Assembly: GCF_016433145.1 (NCBI RefSeq)
Contig: NC_058134.1
Coordinates: 282,531,542-282,595,541, forward strand
Direction of reading: 5' to 3'
DNA length: 64,000 nt
Source: Gracilinanus agilis
Taxonomy: Eukaryota
In this document: piece by piece, positions 10,479 to 22,091 of the stretch
How positions within the stretch are numbered: the stretch's first letter is position 1
How the letters are laid out: each line of letters opens with the position of its first letter
Notes under the pieces: model-generated
What the model saw: the letters and a program-made list of their open reading frames with translations, nothing else
Databases searched by the model: none
Told to the model about the DNA's origin: nothing
Program-made: the position numbers and the translations under genes

Positions 10479-11597
10479 CTAGTTGTTTTGGGCTTCCTCC
10501 TTAGTAATGACAATGGAATGCTTAGTACTGGAAGAGGAGGAAGAACCCCTGCCTTTTCGGGCCTTTTCCTTGGGAATATAATGGACCACAGCCCCCATCA
10601 GGTGGCTACGGAAGCTGGGACTGAGAAAGTTGTATAGGATGGGGTTAGCAACACAGTGCAGCATAGACAAACAGTCAATAACATCGTAGAAGAAGTAGAG
10701 GATGTGAACCAAGTAGCAGTGGAGGTAGATATGGTCGCCATGTAAGGTGAGCAGCAGTAGGGTTAGGTGGTAAGGCACCCAGCAGACCACAAAGACAGCC
10801 ACGTAGGCACAAACCAGCAGGCAGTGGCGCCGAGCCTCTGGCCGACCCACCCGATAGAGCCGGTAAACAGTGAGTCCGTTAAAGATGACCATCAGCGGAA
10901 AGGGCAGTAAGAAGCCCAGGACGATGGTGGAGAGGGTCACGGCCAGCGCCCACTCACTATACGTCTCAAATGGTGCCAAGAAGAGGCACATTGGCTCACC
11001 GGCTTCCACCAGACGGATGTGAGCGATTTCTGGCAGGGGGATGAGGGCAGAAAAGACCCAGATAGCCGCACAGACCCCCTTCCTCACCCAGTGTTGATGC
11101 TGCTGCCAGAAGGGCGAGGAGGAGGTGAGCGTGACATAGCGATCGATGCTGAGGCACGTCAGGAAAAAGATGCTGCTATACATGTTGGCAAAATAAAAGT
11201 AGTGTGTGAAGCGGCAGAAGAAGCTGCCCCACAGCCAGGTATAGTCCAGGGTGACCTCCAGCATCCATATGGGCAGGGACAGGATGATCCCCAAGTCAGC
11301 CACGGCCATGTTGAAGACATAGAGATTGAGCAGCCGACCCCGGCCCAGGCTTCTCCAGTTGATGTAAATCACTAGCAGGTTCTCCACTAAGCCCACCACA
11401 AAGATGCCCAAGTAGAGCACAAAGAGGACCACACGCTTGACGTTTTCATTGAGCTCGACCTCACACTCAGAAAAGGTGTGGTTGAAGAAATGTAGCAGTT
11501 CTGTCCAGTTATGGAAGTCATCCAAGTCACCAAAGAGCTTCAGGGACGAGCTCTCCGTGGGGCCAGGCCCCATCATGGAGCTGTGACTGCTTGTCAT
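10479..11597 (-). CDS. GPR182: G protein-coupled receptor 182 (atypical chemokine receptor ACKR5), 372 aa
   Basis: Seven hydrophobic segments with DRYVTL, CWVPY and NPILY motifs. N-terminal NWT and NHT glycosylation sites. Sequence closely resembles recalled human GPR182. Confidence 0.97.
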   Translation of the reverse strand: MTSSHSSMMGPGPTESSSLKLFGDLDDFHNWTELLHFFNHTFSECEVELNENVKRVVLFVLYLGIFVVGLVENLLVIYINWRSLGRGRLLNLYVFNMAVADLGIILSLPIWMLEVTLDYTWLWGSFFCRFTHYFYFANMYSSIFFLTCLSIDRYVTLTSSSPFWQQHQHWVRKGVCAAIWVFSALIPLPEIAHIRLVEAGEPMCLFLAPFETYSEWALAVTLSTIVLGFLLPFPLMVIFNGLTVYRLYRVGRPEARRHCLLVCAYVAVFVVCWVPYHLTLLLLTLHGDHIYLHCYLVHILYFFYDVIDCLSMLHCVANPILYNFLSPSFRSHLMGAVVHYIPKEKARKGRGSSSSSSTKHSIVITKEEAQNN

Positions 11598-12061
11598 AGG
11601 GGTGGCAGGTTCCTATGAGAAGGGAGGCAGAGACAGAAGGGAGAAGACCTTGAAGATAAAGTCCCTGAGATGGAAGAGGAGAGGATCCTTGTTGGGAGGA
11701 TTTTAGAGTCTAAGAGGGGACAAGGGAAGGAGGAGCCCGGAGAAGGGAACTCTGAATGCATAACAATCATTATGTTTTGTTCTTGATTCAAAAGCCAAGA
11801 TGCTTTCCTTAATAGGCCTGCCATGCTAGGAGATCTCAAGGAAAGTATGTGTCCCAAAGAATTTCTTACTGTAAGCTAGTGTATTCTTCCCATGCCCCTC
11901 CCTTTTTAACAGCCCTCCAGCCTCCCTGGGTCCTCAATAGCAATCTGAAGTACCCCTTAAATGATTTATAGGTATGGAAATACGCGCAGCACCCCCCTCT
12001 AATTCATCGGAAGACAAACATGAATCATTGCTTGACAGCTAGACTGTTTAAAAGCCTAAAG

Positions 12062-12284
12062 CAGGGGTTCTTAACCTTTGTTGTGTATGGAAGACCCCTT
12101 TGGCAGTCTGGTGAAGCCTAATACATCCTTCTCAAAGTAAGTATTGTTTTTGAAAAATCATAATGGAAGGAAATGCTCAATTTCAGTTAGAGGTTAGTGA
12201 AAATAAAGAACTAATGTTTTTTTTTTCCTTTACAAGTTCAGACATCCTGAAATCTATCTGTGGACTCCAGGTTAAGAACCTCTA
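12062..12284 (+). mobile_element. Old hAT-Charlie MITE in GPR182 intron
   Basis: TIRs CAGGGGTTCTTAACC ... GGTTAAGAACCTCT. Confidence 0.8.
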
Positions 12285-12319
12285 GTGCAATAGACTCTTA
12301 GAATGTTAGAAGCTAAAGT

Positions 12320-12440
12320 ACATCTGGTTTAATTCCCTCATTTTACAGATGAAAAAACTGAGGCCTAGAGCAGGGAAATGACTTGCCAAAAGTGAACTAG
12401 AATCTGATTATCCTACCTTCCCAGTCCAGTGTGCTTTCTA
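12320..12440 (-). mobile_element. MIR/CORE-SINE fragment
   Basis: CORE motif 'ctcattttacagatgaaaaaactgaggcc'. Confidence 0.75.
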
Positions 12441-12487
12441 CCTTCTCTGTGCTCCAGAAGAAGGGCTTGATTTTGGGGAACACTTAC

Positions 12488-12750
12488 CTAAACCTCAGCT
12501 TGTTTATCTGGGGCTGCAAGGGTGTGTCCAGTTCTGATAGTCGAGAAGAGCCAGAGAGATTATGGCAATGGGGGTGTGGGCTTAGCTGCTCTGTTTCTCT
12601 TCTCAGGGCCGCCCTCCTTATTCAGGAAACAGATCTCACTGGCTGACATTCTGTGGGAGGGGGCCAGGGGCTTTCCTGCATTCATCCATTCAACTTGAGA
12701 GGGAAGAGATGGACAAAAGATGGCAAAAGGATTGTTACTTCCTTCCCTCC
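12488..12750 (-). promoter_or_regulatory. GPR182: Predicted non-coding exon 1 and proximal promoter of GPR182
   Basis: Upstream of the donor at 12487. GC box near 12605-12615, ETS cores at 12623, 12672 and 12737, SOX motif ATTGTT at 12731. Confidence 0.5.
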
Positions 12751-13439
12751 CATAACCCTTCCTCACACGCTTGCTTGGGACCCCATTCTTCACAGCCTGC
12801 CAACATGGAGGCTAAAAGAAATCAGATTGTGGGAAAATCAGTTTTTAATGACTGGCTCTACCTTTCACACTCACCCTCCAATCTTCCAGAACTGTGAGAA
12901 TGGGGATCACTTTTCTCCCTCAGATCAGAACACAAGCTTTGTGTTCTGATCTGAGGATGGGGCAAGGGCCACAGTTGTGGCAGGAAGCAGGGCTTTAGAC
13001 CTAAGGGTGGCCACAGGATATCTTTTTTCCCCTGGGAAAAGCATTGTGGTATGGAGGAAGGGTATTTGATAAGATGGCCAAGATGCCTATAATTTGCTTT
13101 TTCAGCACTTCTTTTGAGGCTATCTGCATACTAGAAGTGGAACTGAGAATTTTAACTTGCATTAGATCATAGGATTTAGAGCTGGAAAGAACTTTAAGTG
13201 CCATAGACCTAGAAAAGGCCAAATGCCACTCAAATTTTTCAAAAAAAAAAAAAAGAAAAGAGGATGAAATCTGTAAACATAACATCTAGTGAGCTTCTTT
13301 CCTTTTGATCCTTGGCAAAATCCAAATTCAACAAATATTTATCAAATGTTTGTTTTATGTGCTACATACAAAAATCACTTGAAAAGAACAACAATAAAAA
13401 TAACTGATTATAAATCAAAGTGGTTATAAATATCAAGCA

Positions 13440-13690
13440 AGGCCTATAATAAAGATGTATTTAGCTGGCCAAAGAGTTTCACCACTATAATAGCTGATTG
13501 CAACAAGCTTCAAATGTTGCCAAGTCATCTAAATGAGGTTCATAATTACTCAAAAGAGTTTGGCTTAACACAGGAAGAACCAAATGGTTGAAGAGTGCCC
13601 ATTTTCCAGAAATTGATATGTAGTTGTATTGGCAAAATACAGCTGGTCCATCAGCACATATATCTTAGACATGTACTACATGTAAAAAAA
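13440..13690 (+). mobile_element. Degenerate RTE-clade LINE reverse transcriptase fragment
   Basis: Remnants such as 'tcaaaagagtttggcttaac...accaaatgg...gctggtccatcag' resemble RTE RT sequence. Confidence 0.5.
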
Positions 13691-14779
13691 TTACCTGAAT
13701 TTCATAAGAACAGAATAAGATGTATTAGGAAAACTGTGTAGTCTCTTACTGATCCCAAATTTCACCCATTTTTGCTGGGAGGGAAAAAATACATGCCAAA
13801 GGCAAACTAGACACATGAAAAAAGGCAGATATGGGGAGTCTAAGAGCTCAAGGCACAGAGAAATGTCAGCTATATACTCCTCAAGGACACTGACCCTTGG
13901 ACCCCAGCAGGGACCCAAACCTCTACCTGGGGGGTCATAAGGACCCTATGAAGGAAAAACGGGACCCCAGGAACCAGGAGCTGTGATCTCCACATGTTCT
14001 CGAAACGTGACCTCAGCCCATTTCTACTTTAGGTTTGAGCTCTATTTCTTCAAGGTCTTGTATATTCAAAAAAGAAAAAGAAAAAAAAAGAGTGTATTCT
14101 GATTTGGGATGGATATTTTGTACTACCCTGAATAGTAAATACCTTTTCTAATACCTCATTGAGGCTACTAATTGATAATCAATGGGAAGTTCACTAGAGG
14201 GAGCTCCTGACTGACAGTACTAGAAACCCCAGCTCTGAAGGGGGAAAAGTAGCAAATGCCCCTTTGGAGACTCCATACTGTGAAAGTGAGTGAAGATTAA
14301 GGTGATAGCTCAGGAGCAGGATGTCACATAGGAAAATAAAGATTCTAAGAGAAGATGAGGAGGGAGGACACAGGGCAGCAGCTCATTAAAATCCATAAAG
14401 CAAGATTACGGACCAAGGCCAGGCAATAGCTCGGAGTAGTTTGGCTATAATGTAGCATTCATGAAAAAAGAAGTCTGAGATGAGTCTAAGAAGGCAGTTT
14501 GGAGCCAGATGGTGAATACACTTAGGCTGAGGAGTTTGTAGTTTCACTGGAGACGGTAGGTAGCACCCAAAGATGGTTAACACAGCTTTTGACAAAATCT
14601 TTGGTATTCTTTCTTGTGGACAAGGTAGGGAAATATGGGCCAAATGGTAGTGTAGTTAAGCAGATTTAGAATGGGTTGAATGATTGGACCTAAAGAGGAG
14701 TTAAGTTATTAATGGGTCAGCAGCATCTTGTGGGGAGAGCTCTAGAGGAGTCTTTGCTATTTAAAATAATCTATTTGTG

Positions 14780-15002
14780 GGGGCAGCTGGGTAGCTCAGT
14801 AGATTGAGAGCCAGACCTAGAGATGGGAGATCCTAGGTTCAAATCTGGTCTCAGACACTTCCCAGCTGTATGACCCTGGGCAAGTCACTTGACCCCCATT
14901 GCCTACTCTTACCACTCTTCTGCCTGGGAGCCAATACACAATATTAACTCCAAGACAGAAGGTAAGGGTTTAAAAATAATAAAAATAAAATAATAATAAA
15001 AT
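14780..15002 (+). mobile_element. SINE1_Mdo-like SINE
   Basis: Full length with AAT-rich tail. TSD AAAATAATCTATTTGTG on both sides. Confidence 0.92.
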
Positions 15003-15289
15003 AAAATAATCTATTTGTGTCTTTTTTAAAAATTACTGATATCTTTGTTTTAAACATCAATTATATTTCCTAATATATTCCTCCTTTTCCCCCCTCCAAG
15101 AAAGCCATTCCTTAGGGCAAAGAAAACAAAAAAAAAATCCAAACTAAACCACACTTCGACCAAGCCTGACATTATATGCTGCACTCCATACCATTTGGAG
15201 GCCAGGCCTGACTCAGACTGGTCTGGTGGGTATGGCCCACAATCGGAAAGGTGGCATCTAACAAAAAGAAGTTTACTTGACAATAGATA

Positions 15290-15670
15290 GCATAAAGTGA
15301 GACTCGAGGATGCAATGTTAATAGGGTTAAATGTAAAGCCCTCATTTGGATTTAAGAAATCAAATTTGGAAACATAGAATGGAGAAGGGTTGATCAGGCA
15401 AGAGTTCTTGTGAAAGAGATCCAGGGGACTTTAATGGACCACTAGCCTACCGCAGGACACAGGAGTAAGAAAAGCTGCCCTGAGTGACCCAGTACTCTGA
15501 ATAAATGGAGCAATATAGATGCTTTATTCTGACCTCGTCAGATCTTCTCTGGAGGTCGTCTACTGGTCCAGATGCCACATTTTAGGATAGACGTTGACAA
15601 GCCAGGCATTTCTGGTGAAGGCTGACCAGAACTGAGGGGCCTGGAAACCATGCCCAGATGAAGATCAGTC
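15290..15670 (+). mobile_element. CR1/L3 LINE fragment
   Basis: 'aatagggttaaatgtaaagccct' and 'ccacattttaggatagacgttgacaagc...ctggaaaccatgcc' match CR1 RT 3' sequence. Confidence 0.75.
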
Positions 15671-15719
15671 TGGGAGAGGCATTAGACTTGCTCTGGTTAT
15701 CCCTAAAGAGCAGGCAGGC

Positions 15720-16200
15720 AGGCAGTTAGCATTTGCTATGAGCCCAGCACTGTGCTAACTGCCCAAGAAGGGCAAATACAGTCCTTGTCCTGGAGGAGCT
15801 CATATTCTAATGGGGGAGGCAATATGGAGGAATCTCAAAGGGAAGGCTTGAGCATTAAGCAAGACTGGAAAGGCTTCTTGCAGAAGGTGGGATTTTAGCT
15901 CAGAACTGAAGCCCGTGAAGGTGAGGAGGGAGAGTATTCTAGGTATGAAGGCCTGCTTGGGAGATGGGGGGTTGTTTGAGGAATATCAAGGAGGCCAGTG
16001 TCACTGGATCTCAGAGTACAAGGAGGGAAGTAAGATTTAAGAAGACTGGAAAGGTAGGATTGGAGCAGGTTATAGAAGACTTTAAATGACAGAGAATTTT
16101 AATTTGATTCCAGAAGTAATAAGGAGCCACTAATGTTTATTGAAAAAGGGAAAAGGAGTGTCACATGGCCAGCCTGGGCTTTAGGATAATTGGTAGCTTA
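15720..16200 (-). mobile_element. L2 LINE 3' fragment
   Basis: Purine-rich L2 antisense signatures such as 'aggccagtgtcactgga' and 'gagccactaatgtttattga'. Confidence 0.7.
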
Positions 16201-16356
16201 GTGCCCTTTGGAACATAGAATATAAACTACTAGATTTGGAATCAGCCAGCCAATCCAACTCTCATGTTTTTCTGATGAGAAAACAGGCCCAGAGAGGCCA
16301 AATAGTTTCTTTAGATTCATGATTTCAGGCCATCTTTATAACTTTAAAAAACTCTT

Positions 16357-16551
16357 GGGGGCAGCTGGGTAGCTCAGTGGAGTGAGAGTTGGGCCTAGAG
16401 ACAGGAGGTCCTAGGTTCAAACCCGGCCTCAGCCACTTCCCAGCTGTGTGACCCTGGGCAAGTCACTTGACCCCCATTGCCCACCCTTACCACTCTTCCA
16501 CCTATGAGACAATACATCGAAGTACAAGGGTTTAAAAAAAAAACAAAAAAC
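16357..16551 (+). mobile_element. Very young SINE1-family copy
   Basis: Diagnostic tail 'cctatgagacaatacatcgaagtacaagggttt'. 11 bp TSD AAAAAACTCTT. Confidence 0.95.
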
Positions 16552-16562
16552 AAAAAACTCTT

Positions 16563-16745
16563 ATCTTCTTTCTGCCTTAGAATCGGTACTATCAATTCCA
16601 AGGCAGAAGAACAGCAAAGGCTAGGCAGTTAGGGTTAGTGATTTTCCCAGGGTCGTCTAGCTAGGAAGTGTCTGAGGCCAGATTTGAACCCAGGACCTCT
16701 GGTCTCTAAACCTGGCATTCTATCCACCGAGCCACTTAGCTACTG
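16563..16745 (-). mobile_element. Older SINE1-family copy
   Basis: Antisense core 'cagggtc...ctaggaagtgtctgaggccagatttgaacc'. Confidence 0.85.
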
Positions 16746-18214
16746 CTCATCCCTATAGTAATTGTGAGATGAGAGGGCAGAGGTTACTAACTTCATCTAA
16801 CTGAAACTAAGAACCACAGAGACTCATTGACTTGTACAACATGGCATACATGAACCACAATGGAAGGATGTTATTTTTAATTCTGAGATCTCTCACACCC
16901 CAGATAAGCCGTTAGTGATGAAAGATAATGATTTAGTCCCCTTTGGATTACGAGAATGGGACATTTCCCTAATCTTCCCCCATCCCTCCATGGCCCCCAA
17001 CCCCTCACAGATGACAGTCTCTCCTGTACCTAAAATTCTTCATAAGAAACTTTTGACTTTCCTTGGTCCTTCCTTGGTGCAGAGAAGATCTTTAGGTCTA
17101 ACCTCCATCCCTCCCAATGCATTTTAGCTGATTCCAACTCCTGGGGCTCCTAACCCCCCTTGGGTATACTTCTCTTCCATTTAGAAACCCACTACACCCA
17201 TTATCCTCCCTGGGTATAACAGCAAGAGAGGTGCCCAGTGAATTCCTTTAGACAGCCAGCTACAGAGACTGCTCTATCAGCAGAAGATAAATGATGGCAC
17301 TGCATTTTTTCTTTCTTTTTTTTGTTTGTGGTAGGATGAGGGGAAATGAAGTAGGAAAATGTGGTGGGAAGAGGGGGGAGGGCCAGAGGAAGAGAGGATT
17401 GGCTCCCCACCAACCAGGAGGGGCAAGCAACTTTGCCCCAAGCAGTATCTGCAAAACAATTCCTGGAACTCTCCCATCTTTTTTCCCGTTTTGTCAAACT
17501 GGACAAGACCTTCTGATCAACAATTAGAAAGGAAGGAAGGTACCAGGGAGGAGGGAGTGAGAGGTATAGATAAAGAGTTTTAGGAGGTGGGGGAAGGAGA
17601 TGGGAAATCTTTGTGCTTAGGCTCTGGAGGACTTATCTAAGGAGACCACTCCACTCCTGTCATATGAGACAACCCCACGGGAGGAGGTATGGGGAGAAAC
17701 AAGATTTTGACAGTGATACCTAATACCCCTTCTCTACCAATAGCTCAGATTCATCCGAATGGCTGCTGGTTAGAGAATCTGGGTCAGTACTAACATTAGG
17801 ATGCCCAAATGCCCCAAAGATGTTACTATAGTTATGCTGTCCTCCGGCTGAATCCCCAACCCACACAGTAAGATGTGTCCTATAAGGAGCATAATAGAGA
17901 TTCCATCTTCCCAGGTTTTCTCTCCCAGCCCTAAACCCTTATGTATCCTCATCCCCTCCCCAATCATTTAGCTTTCTTTGGCAATGGAAAACTATGGGTC
18001 CCATTCCATCCAAAATAGACTTCTTTTGAGCTTTGTCCTTTCTTTGCCTTCCTCCTCTTCTCAGGTCTAAATCCCAAGGGCCAAACTCTTCTTCTTTCTT
18101 TGACATTTTAAATAAAGGACAAGGACATCCAGTCACATTCCCAGAAATTGTAGTAGTAAGAACAGTAGTTAGATTACTTGTCTTCCAAGAGAATATTTCA
18201 CTGAGGAGGTATGT

Positions 18215-18455
18215 GAGGGAAAGGGAATAAGCATTTATTAAGCATCGCCTGTGTGCCAATTACTGTGCTAAACATTTAAAAAAATATTGTCTTATTTGAT
18301 CCTCACAATCCTAGGTGGTAGATGCTATTATTATCCCAATTTTATACTTGAGGAAACTGAGGCAGACAGGTTAAGTGATTTCCCCAGGAACCAACAGCTA
18401 GTAAGTATGTGAGGCTGGTTTTGAATTCAGGTCTTCTTGATTCCTGGCCCAGTAC
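18215..18455 (-). mobile_element. MIR/MAR1-type CORE SINE
   Basis: CORE 'ttatcccaattttatacttgaggaaactgaggcaga'. Confidence 0.8.
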
Positions 18456-19470
18456 TCCATCAGGCAAAAATGGAATAAATAAAGGAAAATGGAGGCATCT
18501 CCTTCCCTAATCTGGAAATCTCTTAATAGCATAATGAATTATGAGAGGTGGGATATCGGGGAGGGGAGTGTCTTGCCATGCTTCTGGTTCTTCACTTTCA
18601 TGGAACAACATGTCCCTCTCCCCAGATGTCTCCAAAGACTCTGAACCTCTCTTCTATCTGCTCCTTTATGAAAGATAGATTCAAGCAGGAAGAGGTGACA
18701 TTTTTCTGCTGGCCCTGGTTGTCCTTTCTGGCTTTTCCTACTCCATCTGCTCCAGTCCCTGGATGTTTTCAGGCTTTAGCAGTAGTTTGATACTCTGCCA
18801 CATTCATTGATTCACTCTCTCTAATTATCCTTTATTTTGGTTTTATTCACCACCACTAGAGTTCTGAAATTTTTCAAAAGGAACTTTTTATTGAGAAATA
18901 TAACAGTAATATATTTATCTATTAAAATGTTATTGATGATGCTTTTTATACCATTTCTTGCCCATAAATCACAGCCAGTCACATTCCCACTCTTGCATAT
19001 CTCCATTATCCTCTGGTCATCTGAAATTTTTTTTGAGATTATGATATTCCTTGATTTGAAGCCATATGGCACCCCAAGGAAAATACAAGTATTTTTATTA
19101 AGATGGGCTTTTTCATCAATATCCAGCTAAAATGATTAAGAAAATAAGGAAGGGCGATAGAGGCAGACAACCCAAGTAAAGCAATGAAATGGGAAAGTTT
19201 ACCAAATTTAAGTTTCTGTTTTTAATTTAATAAATTGTGGCTTCAGATAGGCTTGGAGGATGGGGTTGGATCTTCATCATCTTCTCATTCCTGTCTCAAA
19301 CTTCTCTTTTTTTATATTTCTGACACACACTGAAATAGTCCACAGAAAACATATTCCCTATATGCAGTTAGGTTTAAGCATTTGATGGTTGGGGAGTCAA
19401 GCTTTCCTTTAAGGGATAATGCTCCAGAGAGCAACTTGAATCTAGAAATTTTTTTCTCTAGGGTCTAGAG

Positions 19471-19695
19471 CATTGGCAAACCTTTTAGAGATCACATATC
19501 CAAACTGCACCTTCAAGCTGCCTGTGAGACCCTCCCCCTTTACCCCAGAGAGGGAAGGGAGAAGTGTTTGAATTGGTCTGCTGGACAGAGAGGTGGGGCA
19601 TGCAAAAGAAATATTCTCAGGTGTGATGGAGAAGAGGAACCAAGCAGCCCCGTCTGGCACGCTGGGGCACGCATGCCACATCTTTGCCAACACGG
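19471..19695 (+). mobile_element. hAT MITE (CCGTGTTGGCAAA-type TIR)
   Basis: Right TIR TTTGCCAACACGG, left TIR partly eroded. Flanks gTCTAGAg and cTCTAGAc. Confidence 0.8.
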
Positions 19696-20035
19696 CTCTA
19701 GACTAACGATATTTAGGAAGATATCACTATACCTGTTCAATTTTAGCCCCATACTCCCTTTCTCTGAGAACAGAATGGCCAGCCTAATGGCTCCTCTCTC
19801 CTGCTCCCCTCTAGGCAGGAATTAAAGTCTCCCTTGGAGAGAGATGGTGGAGAGTAGACTCTAAAACAGTTCATTCCTGTCTCTCTGCAAGCCGTATCTA
19901 GATAGACCAAAATGGACGCACATGGATAATACAAACTCCCTTCACTCACTATATTCTCTTCCATCCCTATCCCCTCTCCCAAACCTTTATCCAGGTAGTC
20001 ATCATTTTTCAGTATACCTCCCTCTTAAAAAAAAT

Positions 20036-20715
20036 GCTAGCTGTGTGACTCTGGGCAAGTCACTTGACCCCCATTGCCCACTCTTCCACCTAGGAGCCAA
20101 TACACAGAAGTTAAGGATTTTTTTTAAATGCTATATCTAAGGGATGTCCATCAATTGGGGAATGGTTGAACAAATTGTGGGATATGATAGGGATAGAATA
20201 CTATTGTACTATAGCAAATGATGAGCAGGATGATTTCAGAAAGAGCTGGAAAGACCTACATGAACTGATGCAGCATGAAACAAGCAGAACCAGGACAACA
20301 CTATACACAGAAACAGCAATATTGTGGAATGATCAACTGTGATAGTCTCAGCTACCATCAGCAATACAATGATCCAGGACAATTTTGAGGGGCTTATGAC
20401 AAAGAATGCTAATCCACCTCTAGAGAAAAAACTGGAGGAGGAGGAATGCAGATGGAAGCATATGATTTTTCACTTGTTTTATATGTGCTTGTGTTTTAGG
20501 GTTTTTGTTTTATAAGATTACTCACAAAAATGAACAATATGGAAGTATGTTTTGCATGATACTACATGTATAACCCAGATCAAATTGCCTGCCATCATGG
20601 GAAGGGGAAGGGAAAGAAGGAAGGAAGATAAGTTCAATCATATAACTTAGGAAAATTTGTGTGAAAATTTGTTATTACATTAATTGGTTTTATATACATA
20701 TATATAAAATAAAAA
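20036..20715 (+). mobile_element. 5'-truncated SINE followed by L1 3' end
   Basis: SINE 3' half to about 20135, then L1 ORF2 end and 3'UTR ('gggaatggttgaacaaattgtgg', 'atgaactgatgcag'). Confidence 0.85.
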
Positions 20716-21339
20716 ACGTTACCTTCTTAGAATTGATACTTAGAATACTATATAGTATACTAGTAATATATACTAAGTAGGAAATCTAAGACAGAAGAGC
20801 AGTTATCCAGGGACACTGAGCTAGGAAGTATGAGGCTACATTTGAACCCAGGCCCTCCCAACTCCAGGCCTGATACTCTATCCACTGAACTACCTAGCTG
20901 TCCTTATAATTCCTTCTTTAGATTTACTACTCTAACTTAAATTCTCAGGGACAGTTTGGACCACCAAAGGGGCAACAGCTTCCTCAGGTTGGGGATAGGA
21001 ATTACCCCGTGGGCCACTATTCCCAAAACTAATTCTTGAGCCACTAACTCTTGATTCTCCCACCCTTTTGTTCTCCATTACATGATCAGCTAATGACTTC
21101 ATTTAGTGTTGTTTGTTTTTTAGCCAAGGTAAACCTGTCCCTCAAGAAGACAAGTAATCAATCAATAAACATTTATTAAGTGCCTACCCTGTTCGAGGCA
21201 CTGTGCCAAATAGTAGTTATAAAAGAGTACCCTGATCCTGGGGTGCACTCTCCCACAAATAACCCAGAGTTGATGAGTGTGCTCACAAACTTAGATAGGA
21301 GTGAGGCACATGTGTGGAGTATGTATGGAGAGTCTAGAG

Positions 21340-21532
21340 CAGTGATTCCCAAAGTGGGTGCCACCGCCCCCTGGTGGGTGCTGCAGCAATCCAGGTGGGG
21401 CCGTGATGGCCACAGGTGCATTTGGGGGCAGTGAATAACTGCAAGGGAGCAGTGATAGTATGTGACAAGGGGCTCTAAGTAGTATTTTTTCTGGAAGGGG
21501 GGCGGTAGGCCAAAAAAGTTTGGGAACCCCTG
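21340..21532. mobile_element. hAT-Charlie MITE, 193 bp, with perfect 8 bp TSD
   Basis: TIRs CAGTGATTCCCAAAGT and AGTTTGGGAACCCCTG. TSD GTCTAGAG at 21332-21339 and 21533-21540. Confidence 0.95.
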
Positions 21533-21776
21533 GTCTAGAGTATCTTAGATAGGAGGGAGGCACATTGTGGAGCATCCCCAACTCCTAGCCCTTGGAAGTC
21601 CATTTCTTGATCTGCAACCCTGTAGCCCTCTTCTGTGCTCTGAGGACGGATGCCTTTCTAGAGACCTTAAGTGTCACTATCTGTCACCACAAAGGATGCT
21701 CCCTGAAGTCATCTATCTGCCCTTCAGGTCTCTCTTGGCTCTTGCTGCTGCCTCTTCCATTGTAGTGGCCACAGGA

Positions 21777-21795
21777 TGACCACTAGATGGCAAAG
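21777..21795 (+). promoter_or_regulatory. Candidate CTCF site
   Basis: TGACCACTAGATGGCAAAG fits the CCASYAGRKGGCR consensus. Confidence 0.6.
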
Positions 21796-22014
21796 TGACT
21801 AGAGGGCTGGGCTTGGTGTCACAAAGACTTCTGTTGGGCTCATGTCTTGGACACAGACACTTACTGGCTGTGTAACCTAGGCAAATCATTTCACCTCAGT
21901 TTCCTCATCTGTAAAATGGGAGTAATAATAGCACCTACCTTCTGGGTTGTGAAGACATTTAGCTCATTACCTGGCATATAGTAGGCATATAGTAGGCTCT
22001 ATATAAATACTCAT

Positions 22015-22089
<75 letters not shown>
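22015..22089. repeat. (TAC)25 microsatellite
   Basis: Perfect trinucleotide run at a MIR tail. Confidence 0.98.

Positions 22090-22091
<2 letters not shown>

Larger units (their letters stand above)
11613..12487 (-). other. GPR182: Predicted 5'UTR intron of GPR182 (875 nt)
   Basis: Minus-strand donor TAG|GTAAGT (ACTTAC at 12482-12487). Acceptor pyrimidine tract ends CATAG 15 nt before the ATG. Confidence 0.7.

Noticed and set aside
11019-11375. 118 aa ORF antisense to GPR182
   Set aside because: Shadow of a GC-rich CDS with no domain similarity.
14780-14860. tRNA-like heads with A and B boxes in many SINEs
   Set aside because: They continue into SINE body and tail with TSDs and do not form a full cloverleaf.
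22015-22089. Regular repeat arrays as CRISPR-like structures
   Set aside because: Simple microsatellites without spacers, in eukaryotic DNA.
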